Below, one piece after another: positions 13,848 to 27,900 of a DNA stretch of 64,000 nucleotides (position 1 is the first letter of the stretch; each line of letters starts with the position of its first letter). The DNA comes from Chrysomallon squamiferum (lineage: Eukaryota; Animalia; Mollusca). The notes beneath the pieces are model-generated. The model was given only the letters and a program-made list of their open reading frames with translations. It searched no databases and had not been told where the DNA came from. Both the position numbers and the translations under genes were made by a program. Location: contig CM022679.1 of the NCBI GenBank assembly GCA_012295275.1, forward strand, positions 21,204,001 through 21,268,000, given 5' to 3'.

Positions 13848-16467
13848 ATATGTGTATATATATATATAGGGAATTACTGGTTAGTGTCTTAAGATATCAG
13901 CTTGTGAGTGTTAGAATGCTGATCTGCAGTGAATTTGTGCTATACTGCATTCAGTATTCCAGCTGAGTAGGATAAAACTATTTCTTAAGACAGTAACCAG
14001 TTATTTTATCCTGCAGTTCCAAAAAATTCAGAAACAAAATTAAACAAAATTTACAGTTTTATTTCTGAACTCGCTGTTCTCAGGTGTAGTAGATTCGTGT
14101 GTACTGATTTCATTGTTCCCTACAAAAACTGCATATCAAGACAAAATAGTTCTTAGAAAACTGTTTTCAAAATGGTCAAGATCAGCAATTAAAAACCTGT
14201 GTGTGTGTGTATGTATATGAAGTAATTTAAAAGTCAAAATAGTTCTGTCAATATTTTTATTGTTGATCAACGCGTGAAAATATAGATATTTATTTAATCA
14301 TTAAAATGAATGCAGGATAATGTTCATGTGTTTGTAATTTGTGTGTGTGTGTGTGAAGTAATTTAAAAGTCAAAACAGTTCCGTCAGATTTTTATTGTTG
14401 ATCAATGCGTGAAAATATAGATATTTGTTTAATCATTAAAATGAATGCAGGATAATGTTCATGTGTTTGTAATTTGTGTGTGTGTGTGGGGGAGAGAGAG
14501 ACAGAGAGAGAGAGAGAGGAGGATAATTATTAATGTCTGGAATCAACTGTTATTAATGTTTATCTCTGCCCTGTGTTAAAAAACACCTGTTACTTGTCTA
14601 GCCTTGTTCAGTCTGGGAGTACTTGTTTAGTGCTGATATATTCAACTGTTTTCATACCTTCCAACTGAACCATCTTTGTTCTTCTGATTATCTGTCTTCC
14701 ACATCACAAAGTAAAGGTTTCTAGAACGTATTCAAACATTTGAGCTAAAAACCAGGAACCATGAAAAAAGATGATTGTGTATTTATGTATGTATTATTGT
14801 GTGTGTGTGTGTGTCTGTCTGTATGTATGTTTATGTGTTTATGTATGTATGTATGTATTTGTTTATACATATTATATATGTGTTTATATATGTATGTGTA
14901 TGTATGTGGTTGCTTGTGTGTGTGTGTGTGTGTGTGTGTGTAGACATGCATACATAAACAAATGATACAACTGCCCCAAAAAGCACTGTTTTTGTATTCT
15001 TTAAGTTAAAGATAGGTTTTTCATCGTTACCATAATAAAAGTGTGCACTGTTATTTTATTCTTCCCATAACACCCAAATACATGTTTTCATAAGAATGTC
15101 ACAAAGAAGTGAACATCATTATTTTATTCTCTACCTTGAATACCTGCTTTTCATATTTGTAATGCATATATAGTATTCACTTTTACTACAAGATACACAC
15201 AAAATCTGTGTTTTTGTATACAAGCATTAAAAACATGAGCATTGTTATTCTATTCTAATGTGTTTTTCATCTGCACAGTAAAGAAGCTAAGTGGTGTTAT
15301 TTTTTATATTTGACACACAAAATAAAGGTTTCTTTTTTTTTTTTTTACATACATGCTTTTGAAAAATGAGCATTTTTATTAGGTTCAGTGAATACCAGTT
15401 TTACACATAAAATAATAAAACAGTCTTTTTTTCATTTGACCATAAATATTTCCAGTAAAGAAGAATTGTTTATTTATTTTACTGTCTGAACAAAATGTAT
15501 GTTTATACACATGCACACAATGTGAAAACTGATCTATATTTATTCTATAAATTAGGCTAGATGCTTATTTTTACATGTGGACAGTCAGTAAGTGAATATT
15601 GAACCAATTTAACTAAATAACTTTGGGGATTTAATATTTTATTATTTTTTATTTTTTTCCATTTATGTAATAAAGAAATAAGTATTGTTAATTTATAGCA
15701 TCAGGCTAAATACTTTAAACCACATTTCTCATGAAAAGCAGAAATTAATGTCATTTGTATTAAGACACTCCTTGAATTTACAACAATCAGTCAACATAGT
15801 GTTTGAGGAAGAGGTTTGTTAGAGAAATAAATAAATAAATAAATAAATAAATACATAAATCTTTATTTCCCAAATTGTCACGTAATCCATTTTGTTGATG
15901 ATGATCAATTACATTTTTGTTGATTGAAGAATACAGTGTAAACAATCAGTTACCTGCTGAAAATACAGTAGACATGAATTATTTTCTGTTAAAATGGTAC
16001 TATTAAAAAAAAAAAAAAAAAATAAAAATATCAAACTAACATATGATATGTAACTCCATAACTAAAGATCAAATTAGAATATTGTTTTGATGTTTTTTAT
16101 TTCACATTTTCAACTGCAGTTTGAAGTGATGGATCATCTGACACATTTTGGTACAGATTTTGAAGGAAGTATTCCCAATGCAGGATCTTCCTCTTCATTG
16201 TCGATTGATGCATCCAGCATTTAAATGTATAATATAGGCAGATAAAACATGTCCAGCAAACTGAATAATAAAAAATGTTTTTAGAAGAACTGCCTGCATT
16301 GGCTTTAATCTGTTTATAGACTTAGTCAAAGCTTTTCATTGAGATAATTCATAAAACCAATTGTTATAAACTACTAATAAGATGATATGTTTTTTAATGA
16401 CTATCAAAAATTGAGGTTTGAATACTATTTACTTTCAAACAGTTTTTAAAAAAAATAATAATAATAA

Positions 16468-16509
<42 letters not shown>

Positions 16510-19395
16510 TAAAATAAATTAAACTAATAATAACAGTAATAAAATAAAAATAAATATAAGTAATAATAATAATAAAATAAAAAAAGAATAATAACAATAA
16601 GTATGTCTAGGTTGTTGACCCTTTAAGAAATACATTTTCTTTGTGTCTTTAGGAGATGTTTAAGAGCTTAAGAAAATAATAAGGAGCCACAATCTTATTA
16701 ACACACTTCCAGCTAAAAATAAATATAGGATTATTGATGTTTTCTTTGACCATGTATTGAACAGAAAGAAAAAATGGAAAGAAAAGAAAACAAAAACATT
16801 TGTTGATAACCTATATCTCTTTGCATAAAGTGATATATAAATTGAAATAATAAAGTTACTTTCTGTTCAGATTTCTTATCCTTTGGTATGATCACTTATT
16901 TTTGTAGTCTTTCAAGAGTGGTAGGCAAAAATTAAAAAAACAATAATGATAAATCAAATAAAATCAATCAAAATTATAAAGAAAACAAAATAATAAAAAA
17001 AACATTAGTATTTTGCCTTTGATAATCTTAACATGTAGAACAAATCTAAACAATTCCATAAGGCTGCATATTTAAAAGTGTTTAATATTTGATTTCAGGT
17101 TGACTATTTAAATAAAATCAAAACATAACATAACAAGCTGACTATTTAAATGAAAACAGTTGTATCAAGCTGTGTATTTTAATAAGACATGTATTTAAAA
17201 TAGTTTAATAAATAATTTCAAATTGACTACTTAATTTAAAACAGTTATATCAAGCTGTGTATTTAAATGAAGATATGTTTTTAAAAGTGTTTATTATTTA
17301 ATTTCAAACTATTTAAATTAAAACAGTTATATCCAGCTGTGCATTTTAATAAGACGTATTTAAAATTGTTTATTATTTAATTTCAGATTGACTATTTAAA
17401 TTAAAACAGTTATATCTAGCTGTGTGTTTTAATAAGACATGTATTTAAAAGTGTTTATTATTTGATTTCAGATTGGCTACTTAAATTAAAACAGTTATAT
17501 CTAGCTGTGTATTTAAATGAAGATATGTGTTTAAAAGTGTTTATTATTTAATTTCAGATTGGCTATTTAAATTAAAACAGTTATAACCTAGCTGTGTATT
17601 TTAATGAAGATGTGTGTTTAAAGTGTTTATTATTTGATTTCAGATTGGCTATTTAAATTAAAACAGTTATAACCTAGCTGTGTATTTTAATGAAGATGTG
17701 TGTTTAAAGTGTTTATTATTTGATTTCAGATTGAATTAAAACAGTTATATATAGCTGTGTATTTAAATGAAGATATGTGTTTAAAAGTGTTTATTATTTG
17801 ATTTCAGATCGACTATCCTGAGGTACAGGTGATGAAATCAGGGCCACGCGTGCCCTGCTCTCATAGAAATCTTGAACGCTTGCTAGTTCTCGACTCCCAA
17901 GAAGATATTTGCATACGAAGAATGAATTCTGACAGTGTCATTGATCAGGTATAAGTTTGTAGAATATATTTTACATCTCAACTCTTACAGGTGAAACTCA
18001 TTAGTAACCGACATCAATTATGCATGAGCCAAATCTGTAAATGTAACTGTGCATGTTTGAATATTAACCCCTTCTATAGACATTGGCTCACATCAGTTCT
18101 TACCACTGGAAATTAAATTTCATATAATTAGGATTGTTGTGTCAAGGATTTAAAATCCTAAGATTTTTTGCTGACAACCTGATATTTTCTGACACTCAGA
18201 GCTCTTAAATCGTTTAGAAATTTCTATGTGCATTCACTCAGTTTTGTTTATTCTCACAGTCATTTTTAAGGAGGTTAATAAAGCTGTTGATTGATTTTAA
18301 ATGACTGTTACAGTGTTATGTTAAGTGAGGCATAGATAAGGTTATTTAAGCCGATAATTATTTTTGTTTCTGACAGAAGATAAACAGTTGTTATGATGTA
18401 ATGAAAATCTTTGGGGGTTTTTGTGCTAAGATAATTGGAGCTTATGATGTTCAAATTATCTAAAGAAAAATGTCTTTGTATTATGTAACCATAAAATTGT
18501 TTCTTATAAATCTTCATACATAATTGTATCTCCTTGCTGGCATATGGCCACACACTGAATATTATTATTATCATTATTTTTTGTTTTGTTTTCCCTCTCA
18601 CTGGTTTTTGGGGCTTTCTTTCTTTTTTTTTTTTTTGTGTGATTTTTAAAATGAATTTGTACATAAAAATATTAGATTAGAGAGAGAGAGACCCACCACG
18701 TTTTTCTTTTATTGTTTTTCTTGTCATATTTTTGTATCACCAGCTTGTAAAATGTTTATTATTTATTTATTAGTAATATGAGATGATTTGTTTTTGTTTA
18801 TTTATTTATTTATTATTATTATTTTATTTTTCATGGTTTGTTTTTTATTTAATTTATTATTTAGAAAGAATAAAAATATTTAAAAAGTAATTTACTAAAA
18901 CCAAAAAAAATATCTTAAAAATTAATATTATAATTTTTTTTTTTTTTTTTTTTTTTCCAGTTACCGGCAGATTTACAAGCCTTGCAGCCCCTTTATCAAG
19001 GTGACCAGTACATGCGAAATGAACAGTTATTTAAACGGAGTTCTCGCGCCAGTGATACTTCTAGTGCTTATTCTGGGTCTGACATGATGCAGTCGTCCAT
19101 TGATGACCAGGATGTGGCTGACATGGACTACAGTGGACTTGTGGAGAGTCTTGTTGATTCCGATGAAGAAGAAGGATATGCTGAGTCCACCGAGGTAAAT
19201 GTTCACTCGTAAAATGTTGTTCTGCTCAAATTTGTATTTTAAAATTTATTTGTTTAATTATTTTATCCCTTTTTTTTTCTTCTTAAATCAGCAATTTCAG
19301 TTTTAATATTATGTTTATGATATAGAATTTTTAAAATAAAATGCCAAAAACAACTTTTGATTTTAATTTTTAGTTCTTAAATTTTCTTTCAGCAG

Positions 19396-19438
<43 letters not shown>

Positions 19439-20980
19439 ATTAAAATATATGTTTATCTTATTTTCTCTTTTTCGATCAACAACTGATTAAAATTCAGAAT
19501 TTTTCTGCAGTCCCTATCCATTTATATCTCTATATATGTTTTTCTGACTGGCTATTTTATCTTTTTATTTATCTATCTACATTACTCCTGTGGTATTTTC
19601 AAAGTATGCGTATTAAAGCATGTTAAATGAAGACTAGCATCAGCTGTTAGGAAGAAGAAACAAAGAAATTTAATGAACTAGTTTTTGTTAGCACTAGACA
19701 GGCTGTCTACAATCTCAGCTAGGACTTCCTTGTTTTAAATATCTATTCTCATTTGTCATTAAAAAAAAATACACTCATCTTTCAACTTAAATGTAGTATT
19801 ATATGGAAAAACATTTAGAATGCATTTTCAAATGATAAACCCAATATTACGATAAATACTGTGAAACAGTGATTATAAATCAGGACACTGCATGTGTTCC
19901 TTCTTGGGAAATTTCACACTTTTTAAAAACAGGTATTTCTTAATGTTGACCATTATTATTTAGTAAAAACTGTCTTATTTAATATTTCTTAACAATTTCA
20001 TCTAACAAAAAAATCTTCTTTTTTAATAATTCATAACTCTGTCAACTTTTTCATAAAATATTTCTTCATTTAGAAATTACAGAAGGGTGGTCTATAGTTC
20101 AGAGAGAGAGTTGTTTGCTTGAGGAATAATAGGTCAAAAGATCAGTCCTCCTCAGTGTCTATGATTCAGTTTATTATACCTATCAGTCTGTCATTATTGT
20201 TTATTAAACAAAACCATGGTTTGTGTTTTGTTATCTAGATTATGAAATTCTGTGTAAAAGATCCTTTTGTGGCAGTCAGTAAAAAAAACAACAAAAAAAA
20301 CAACATATAGTGTGGCAGTCTCATGTTTCTTCTTTTATACATATAATTGTTAAAATTACATGATACTAATATTAAAATGATATGTTGAAATTCAGAAAGC
20401 AAATATTCATTAAAATTATGAAGATGAATTACAGTCATCAAAATAATGAACATGAATTACAGACCACACACTTACATAAATAAAGAATGTTGCCAATGCT
20501 CACTGGATGATGTTGGTGATGCTGTTATTATATTACTATTATTGTTGTTTTTATTTATTATTATTTATTATATTACAGTTATTACTGTTTTTTTTATTAT
20601 TTATTATTATTACTGTTGTTGTTGTTGTTATTATTGTTGTTGTTGTTGTTGTTGTTATTTTATCTTCGTCAGTTTAATATATTTATTTCTCTATTTTAAT
20701 TACTTTGCAGTCCTTGCCACTTCGTGATACAGTTAGAGAGTGTTTGGAAAAAGATCCGTCTGAAAGGACAGAGGATGATATTGAGACATTGCTGGACTTC
20801 ATGCAGCATTTCAGGGTAAACTGTAGTTACATTGAAAACATAGACATACACACTAAGCCAGACAGTCCTTGGCTCAGCAGTTTACACAATATTTAAAATA
20901 AATATGTTTTTGCTCGGGACAACGTATGCATAATCTTTGTATGGTTTTTATTTTCAATCCATTGTTTGTATTTTCTGAAC

Positions 20981-21038
<58 letters not shown>

Positions 21039-21752
21039 AGATAGAGAGATAAACAGATAGATAGAAAATTGTAGATATATCTATGTATGTATGTATGTAT
21101 GTATGTATGTGCATATGAATATAATTATCTGTTTAGGTATTAGTATGTCGAATATAAGTATCTACATGTCTTTGAGATCTGAATATAACCCAGAAACTAT
21201 TTAAAGTTACTAGTTAAGACATTGAATCTTTTTCTTTTCCTTCTTTTTTTTTCTTTTAATGGCAGCTAAACTTGTAGCTATGGGTTGTGAATATAAACTT
21301 TGTTATTTAGCTTTTATATCCATAATGTCCACAGAAACTGACATTTATGAGAACAATGGAAAAATTGTCAAATACCTGAAATATCCAGTTTGATATTAAT
21401 GTACAGTAATGTGCCTCTATATTGATGACAGATGGTATAGTTTCTGCCTTTGTTTTTTTAAATATTTTTTTACTCGGCTGTATTTTTATTTTATTTTTTC
21501 TGTTAGGACATTTACCTATGCAGTTCACATGTTGTTAATAATGTCAGCACTGCAGTTAAATAACTATATATAGACATGGATATTCCAAGCGTGTGTGTGT
21601 GTGTGTGTGTGTGTGTAATTATGAGTCTGTAAATCATACATGCCCATGCACACACACCCTCATAGACAAATATATAGTTATTAAGATATATCATGATAAT
21701 GAACAATGACACACCTACACACACACACACACACACACACCCCTACATACAA

Positions 21753-21797
<45 letters not shown>

Positions 21798-21933
21798 CAT
21801 ACAAACATACATGCATACACACACATCTACATACATACACACATACATACACACACACACACACACAGCCACACATTTAAATGCACAAACATGTAAATGC
21901 AAACATACGCACACATATTTACCTACACTTGTA

Positions 21934-21968
<35 letters not shown>

Positions 21969-24900
21969 CTCACATACAATATCCATAAAAACACACTGTA
22001 CAATTAAAGATATCATATAAAACCAGTTACATTAACCCAAATAATTCATACAAAAACAAACGATGACAAATGTTATTGCTTCAAATTAGCTAAACCTTTT
22101 CTAACAGGTTGCCTACATAAAAGTTATCTCGTTACTCAAATGTTACAGCTGCTGCAATGTAAAATAAATAACAGAAATTGCAGTAATCTAAGAATGAAGA
22201 AAAACAAATTTGTTTACACTTTAGATAAGAATAGCTATTAGGAAGAAAGTAATTGAGTTTGATGGTGCCAGAAATAAACAGACTATCACGAGATTTAATT
22301 TAAAAGGTTTAATTAATTCTAGGAATTTCTGTAAATAAAACAGGGAACTGATAGTGTGGCTAGATTTGTCTTTGCAGATAATGTTGTAAACATAATTTTT
22401 CATTTGATGATGAATTTAAAAAAAAAATGCTTGATTGATTTTGAGAATATCTATAAAAGAAAGAAGTAATTGATAATGTGGTTAAGTTTATCTTGGTGGT
22501 AATTTCGCAAAACAAATTTAATTAATTTGGTTAATTAAAAAGTGTTTAATTTTTTTAAAATAAAAGCAGTTTATATCTTGGCAAAAGAAAAGTGCAAATT
22601 CATTTTGAAAATTGCTTTAAATAGAATAATGTATTTAGTGGCTGTATATTTGTCATGATTAATTTCATTAAAACTAAAAAAAATAGAAAATAAGTAACTC
22701 GATTTCTTTGACTAAAATTAATTTATTTGAAAAATTGCTTAAATCAAACCAGTTGTGTTGACCTTGTTAACTTTGGATACAAAATTACTGATTTTATTAT
22801 TTTATTTTATTTATTTTTTTAAATTTATTAATTTTCTGAATTTGCTTAAAACCAGTGTGACCTGTTTTACAGTCATCTCCTGTTTCACAGCACATAATGG
22901 CAGTGAAGTGCACTAATATCAAACATGTTTACATGTATGCTTTGTGTGTCTTTTATTTATTTTTTTATTTTTATTTTTATTTTTATTTTTTTTAAAGTTT
23001 AAGAGTAGCTCAAGGGATGGGAGTATACTACTTGTATCTTAATTGTTCCTATATGAGTCAGTCTGGTTAGGTTTGACTTAATCCTTAAATTCTGTTTAGA
23101 TTTTGAAGTTAATAAATGTATTTTTAATGTTACTGTAAATTAATTTGAAAATTTAATTTCCTGTCGTAGATATTTATTGAAGAAAAAAAAATTGTTAACT
23201 GTTTATATATATATAGTAATTATTTCTAAATCAGATTTTTGAAAAAAAAAGGTATGATTAAAATATATGAGAAAACAATTTAAATTATTTGATTTTAGCA
23301 TTAACTGTATTAGTTTGTGTGACTTCGTGTATGTATCCATCTCTCTATTTGTGTGTAGGTGTGTCTGTATGTGTGTGTATGGGTGCGTGTATGTCTTTGA
23401 TTGGATTTATATACACAGTTTTACAACATTTTGTAAAATAAAACAAGAATTTTTATTTACATAACAATATCAAAAATTGATACTTCAGTTCTTTAATTCC
23501 TTGAATAATGTTATTTTAAGGACTTGAATGTTGAAATTTTTCTCTTACATTTATTACAACAAATGATATATAAAACAGGCATTTGCCAACATGACCCTGG
23601 CGACAAGGCGTGCCCTGACTGCGGTGATGGTGTTTGCGGTGGTGGAGAAAGCGGGTACTGTTGTGATGAAGGATGGAGAGGAGCTGGACTCCTGGTCTGT
23701 CATTCTCAACGGGGAGGTGGAAATAACCCGCCAGAGTGGGCCACCGGAGAGACTCATCATGGGTGACAGGTAGAAATATTAAGTTTTAAAGAGTGAAAAT
23801 GAGTTTTTAGAATTGTTAAAATAAGTGGAAGCAGCATGTATGAATGAATTAATCATAGAGGATAAAGTAATACATGTACAGGAAAATGTTTGGTTTCTCT
23901 CTTAGAAGGTTAGAATGCCAAACTGCAGCGAGGCTCAGAGCCAGGCTGCATTAATCCATTCAACATGAGCAGGTTAAAATTGATGTCTTAAACCAGTTTT
24001 TTCTTTTATCCTGCAATCCTAAATAACACAAAAATAAATTAACTGTTTTATTTCTCACGAGAGTAGCAGATTCATCCATGTTGATTTTGTTGTTGCCTAT
24101 GAAATCTACACATCAAAACAATATAGTTCTTAAATGACAACAATTTTTTTGTTATTTTTTTTATGAAAGCTGTTTTTAAAAAATGGCTCTTAAGATCTAA
24201 ACCACCAGTTAGCACTAAAGAAGTGACTTTGAGCAATTTATATGTAAATTTAATTCTGAAAGTTCCACTACATACATTGATTGCAGGATATGTAAAGTAA
24301 AATCAAATCAAATAATTATCTAATACATCTAAATAACTTGTTAAGAAGGACAGATAAAAATTAATATACAGAAAACAATAAAATAACTGATAAAGAAAAG
24401 CTGCTTCTGAATGATAAATTAAAAATTGGATAATTATTAGGACAAAACTATTATTAAATACATTAACTAATAACTCAATAACTTGACTAAATGAATATAA
24501 ATAAGCTTTATTCTTCTGGAATATTTTATTTACTGTTAGGTTTGTAATGAGAGAGAAATGTTTTTGTGTCTGTTGCAGTTTTGGAATCACCCCGACTATG
24601 GAGAAGTTGTACCACCATGGTGTGATGCAGACTATGGTGGACGACTGCCAGTTTGTTTGTATAGCACAACAAGATTACTACAGAATTTTGTCTCAGGTAA
24701 CAATCTGTTTCACATGTAATTAGCAATATGATATTTATTAATAAACTGTTAAACATGAAAGGTAATCTCTTAAGTAATATGATATTTATTAATAAACTGT
24801 TAAACATGAAAGGTAATCTCTTAAGTATGCATGTAAATATAAAAATAAACTGATGAACCAGTTAGAAGGGAAAATGAAAGGTTTATTTTTTTTTAGAAAT

Positions 24901-27900
24901 AAATTTTGATTATGATGCTTTTATTTCTTACTAATTATATATATATATATAAATATATATATTTATATATTTTTTTTTTTCATTAGTATTGGAACCCTAT
25001 CGTAATGAGCTTTGCAGAACTGTGAATTAAAAACAAATACTGTCAAAAACAAAGAAACAAATAATTAATTTTTTTAAATTTTATTTTCTAATTTTGAAGT
25101 TTTAAATATTCGTTTGTAACCCAGTAATATATTTTAACATTTTATCTTCAGGGTGAAGAAAACACAAAAAGGCATAAAGAAGAAGGTCAGGTTGTCATGG
25201 TAACTGAGCACCGAGACCTGGATGGGGGAAACAGAAGAGGACATATTGTTATTAGGGTACATATTTGTCAGTGTTGTTAAACTAACTAATATTATTTCTT
25301 TTTTTATTACTTGAAGTAATTAATAATTGTGAAAGAAGTTATGTGTAAAAATTATTTAAAATTTTTTTAGATGTAAAAATACTGTTTGATACTAATGATA
25401 ATTTCTGGTTAGCAGGTCAGTCTGTTTTAAATGTTCATTCCTATAAACAGGAAAGCATATACCCTATACATTCATGTATGTAGGTCTTATAATTGCTACA
25501 GTGAACAAGTGCATTTAATAAACTTGTTTATTTACAAAAATAACATCATCTACTTTGAAATTATTTACATAAAGCATTTTGATTGTTTCAGGGAACACCT
25601 GGACGTCTGATGCAGCATTTAGTTGAAGATCATTCAGCCATTGACCCGACTTACGTGGAAGATTTTTTAATGACCTATCGGACATTTCTGGACAGTCCAC
25701 TCGTCCTTGCCAATAAGCTGTTAGAGTGGTTTGAACAGCCCATGTTACGCTCAAAAGTGAGTTTTGGTTTGCTCCAGCCTGTTTTTACATTGTAGCTCAA
25801 TAATTTATACTGTAATTTAGTAGTTCATAAATTATAAATTATAAAGATACAAGCAGAAGATGTGAGATTCAAATATGGATGGATAAAGACAGCAGAACTG
25901 AAAAATAAAAAGGAATGAATGAGTGCTGTAGAGAAAAAGGGAAATGAATGAAGGACAGATTGGTGTAGAAAAAGAGATGGAGGACTATAGTGAAAGAGAA
26001 GATGATGAGAAAAACATACTGGATTAATACTGTAAATAAAATACAAGAATATACACATATTTATCAAATAAATGGCTGTAATAATAAACCTCAGAAAAGT
26101 TGCAGACGTAAACAAATTAGAGCTTATTTATATACAGTTAATATCATGCAAGAATTAAATTACAAAGTCAAAAATATTTTTATTTTCTTTCTTTGATCAG
26201 TATTAAAAAGAAAAATACAACCTGTTTTGAATTTATTTTTATAAATAGTCTAATTTAATGAATTTACCATCAACTGTTTTTTATTTAATATTTAGTAAGT
26301 GAAGTGAGGATTATTTATGTGTTAGTTATTTATTTCAGTCTTCTTTCTTCTTTTTTTTTTCTCTCTTTCTTGATTTGATTTGGTTTTGTTTTATGTATTA
26401 TGTAATTTATAACATATGGACAAACTATCAGTAGTGAATTGCTTCCTTTTCAATTATGTGGTAATAATTAGCAGATAAAAAACAAAAACAAAGTATCAGC
26501 ATAAGAAAGAATTCAGCCAACACAAATTACCACCATAATGAAATAATGGGCTGTCAAAGAAAATTATCTAGAACTGAAATTAAGATTACCTATCAAACAG
26601 AAGCTTTTGTTTCTTTACAGTTTCACAGTTATTATTATTATCATATATTTACATTGTTGTTTTGTTTTTTTAAACAAAAGCATCCATGTTTCATTTACAT
26701 ATTTATTTTATTTTGAGAAAAGATCAAACTGGATTCGTCTTTTTTTGTTCTCTTTTAAACAGGGTTTTAAATACAAATGCAGATAAATAGCTATTTAATT
26801 CAACTTTATTTTCATTTTATTAATAAATTTTATTTTTAATATGTAAAAATTATTATCATTACTTTTTAAATTTATTCATTGTTACTGTTATCATTTAAAT
26901 TTATTTCAGTACATTTTGTTTATTTATTTATTTATTTATTTATTTTCAGGTTACCAGAGTTGTCTTGCTGTGGGTAAACAATCATTTCAATGATTTTGAG
27001 ATGGATGCAGAAATGTGTGAATTTTTAGAACATTTTGAAGACTTGTTGGAAAAAGAGGTACATTAATTAATTTAAAAAAAAACAATTAATGAATGTACAT
27101 AGTTAAGATTATATATTCATTAGTTTTCATTTTTCTGTTAGTTCACAGATTAATTAGGATTGCATGGTATTAACCTTGCTTTATTATATTTTAATTCTTT
27201 TATTATTTTTCTGGAATGTTCATTAATTAATATTTAGTTATCAAAAATTTCTAAATATATTTTTATTATATATATTACATGAGTATATGGGTTCTTGTCA
27301 TTTATTATTTTGTATTTATGTTTTTGTTCACGGTTGAATAACAAACATAATGAATTTTTATTTATTTCTAATCTCTTCAATTTTTTAATTTGTTCATCTT
27401 TTTTTCTTCTTTTTTTAATATATTTATTTACGTTCAGCAATTTTTTTGTTTTTATTTGTTTTGTTTGGTTTTATGAAATGACTGACAGAAATGGTGATGG
27501 TTTAGTGTACGGAAACATTTTCCCTTATTAATACCTAATCCAAATAACTAGGCTGTGAATCTTTGTCAAAAGATTTACCCAGCGTTTTCACTCAATCATT
27601 CACATGTATTTTCCAGCCTGAGGGTCTAGATGAGGTAAGACTGCTTATGGTGAGGGGTATCAGTAGCTTATCACATCACACATTTATAGGCTGGAAGGGT
27701 GGAATGTATACTTTATGTGCAGCATAAAAGAAAAAAAAAATTTGAATTAATTTTTAAATTAAAAAAATATATAATAATATAAACATTAATTTATATTTTT
27801 ATTTTTGTTTTGTTTAGAAATAAAAATAATTAAAGTGGAAAAAAAGAATAATAATAAATAAATAAATAAAGATATTAAAAGAATATATCATTAAAAAAAT

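Noticed and set aside
17065-17817. CRISPR-like appearance of the repeat arrays (also 28619-28980 and 39660-39877)
   Set aside because: The context is a eukaryotic intron, the units are contiguous with no unique spacers, and there are no cas genes.
13724-22020. ORFs rich in YI, CV, TH, or poly-Y/poly-C (also those at 58766-62476)
   Set aside because: They are translations of microsatellites, with no splice or homology support.
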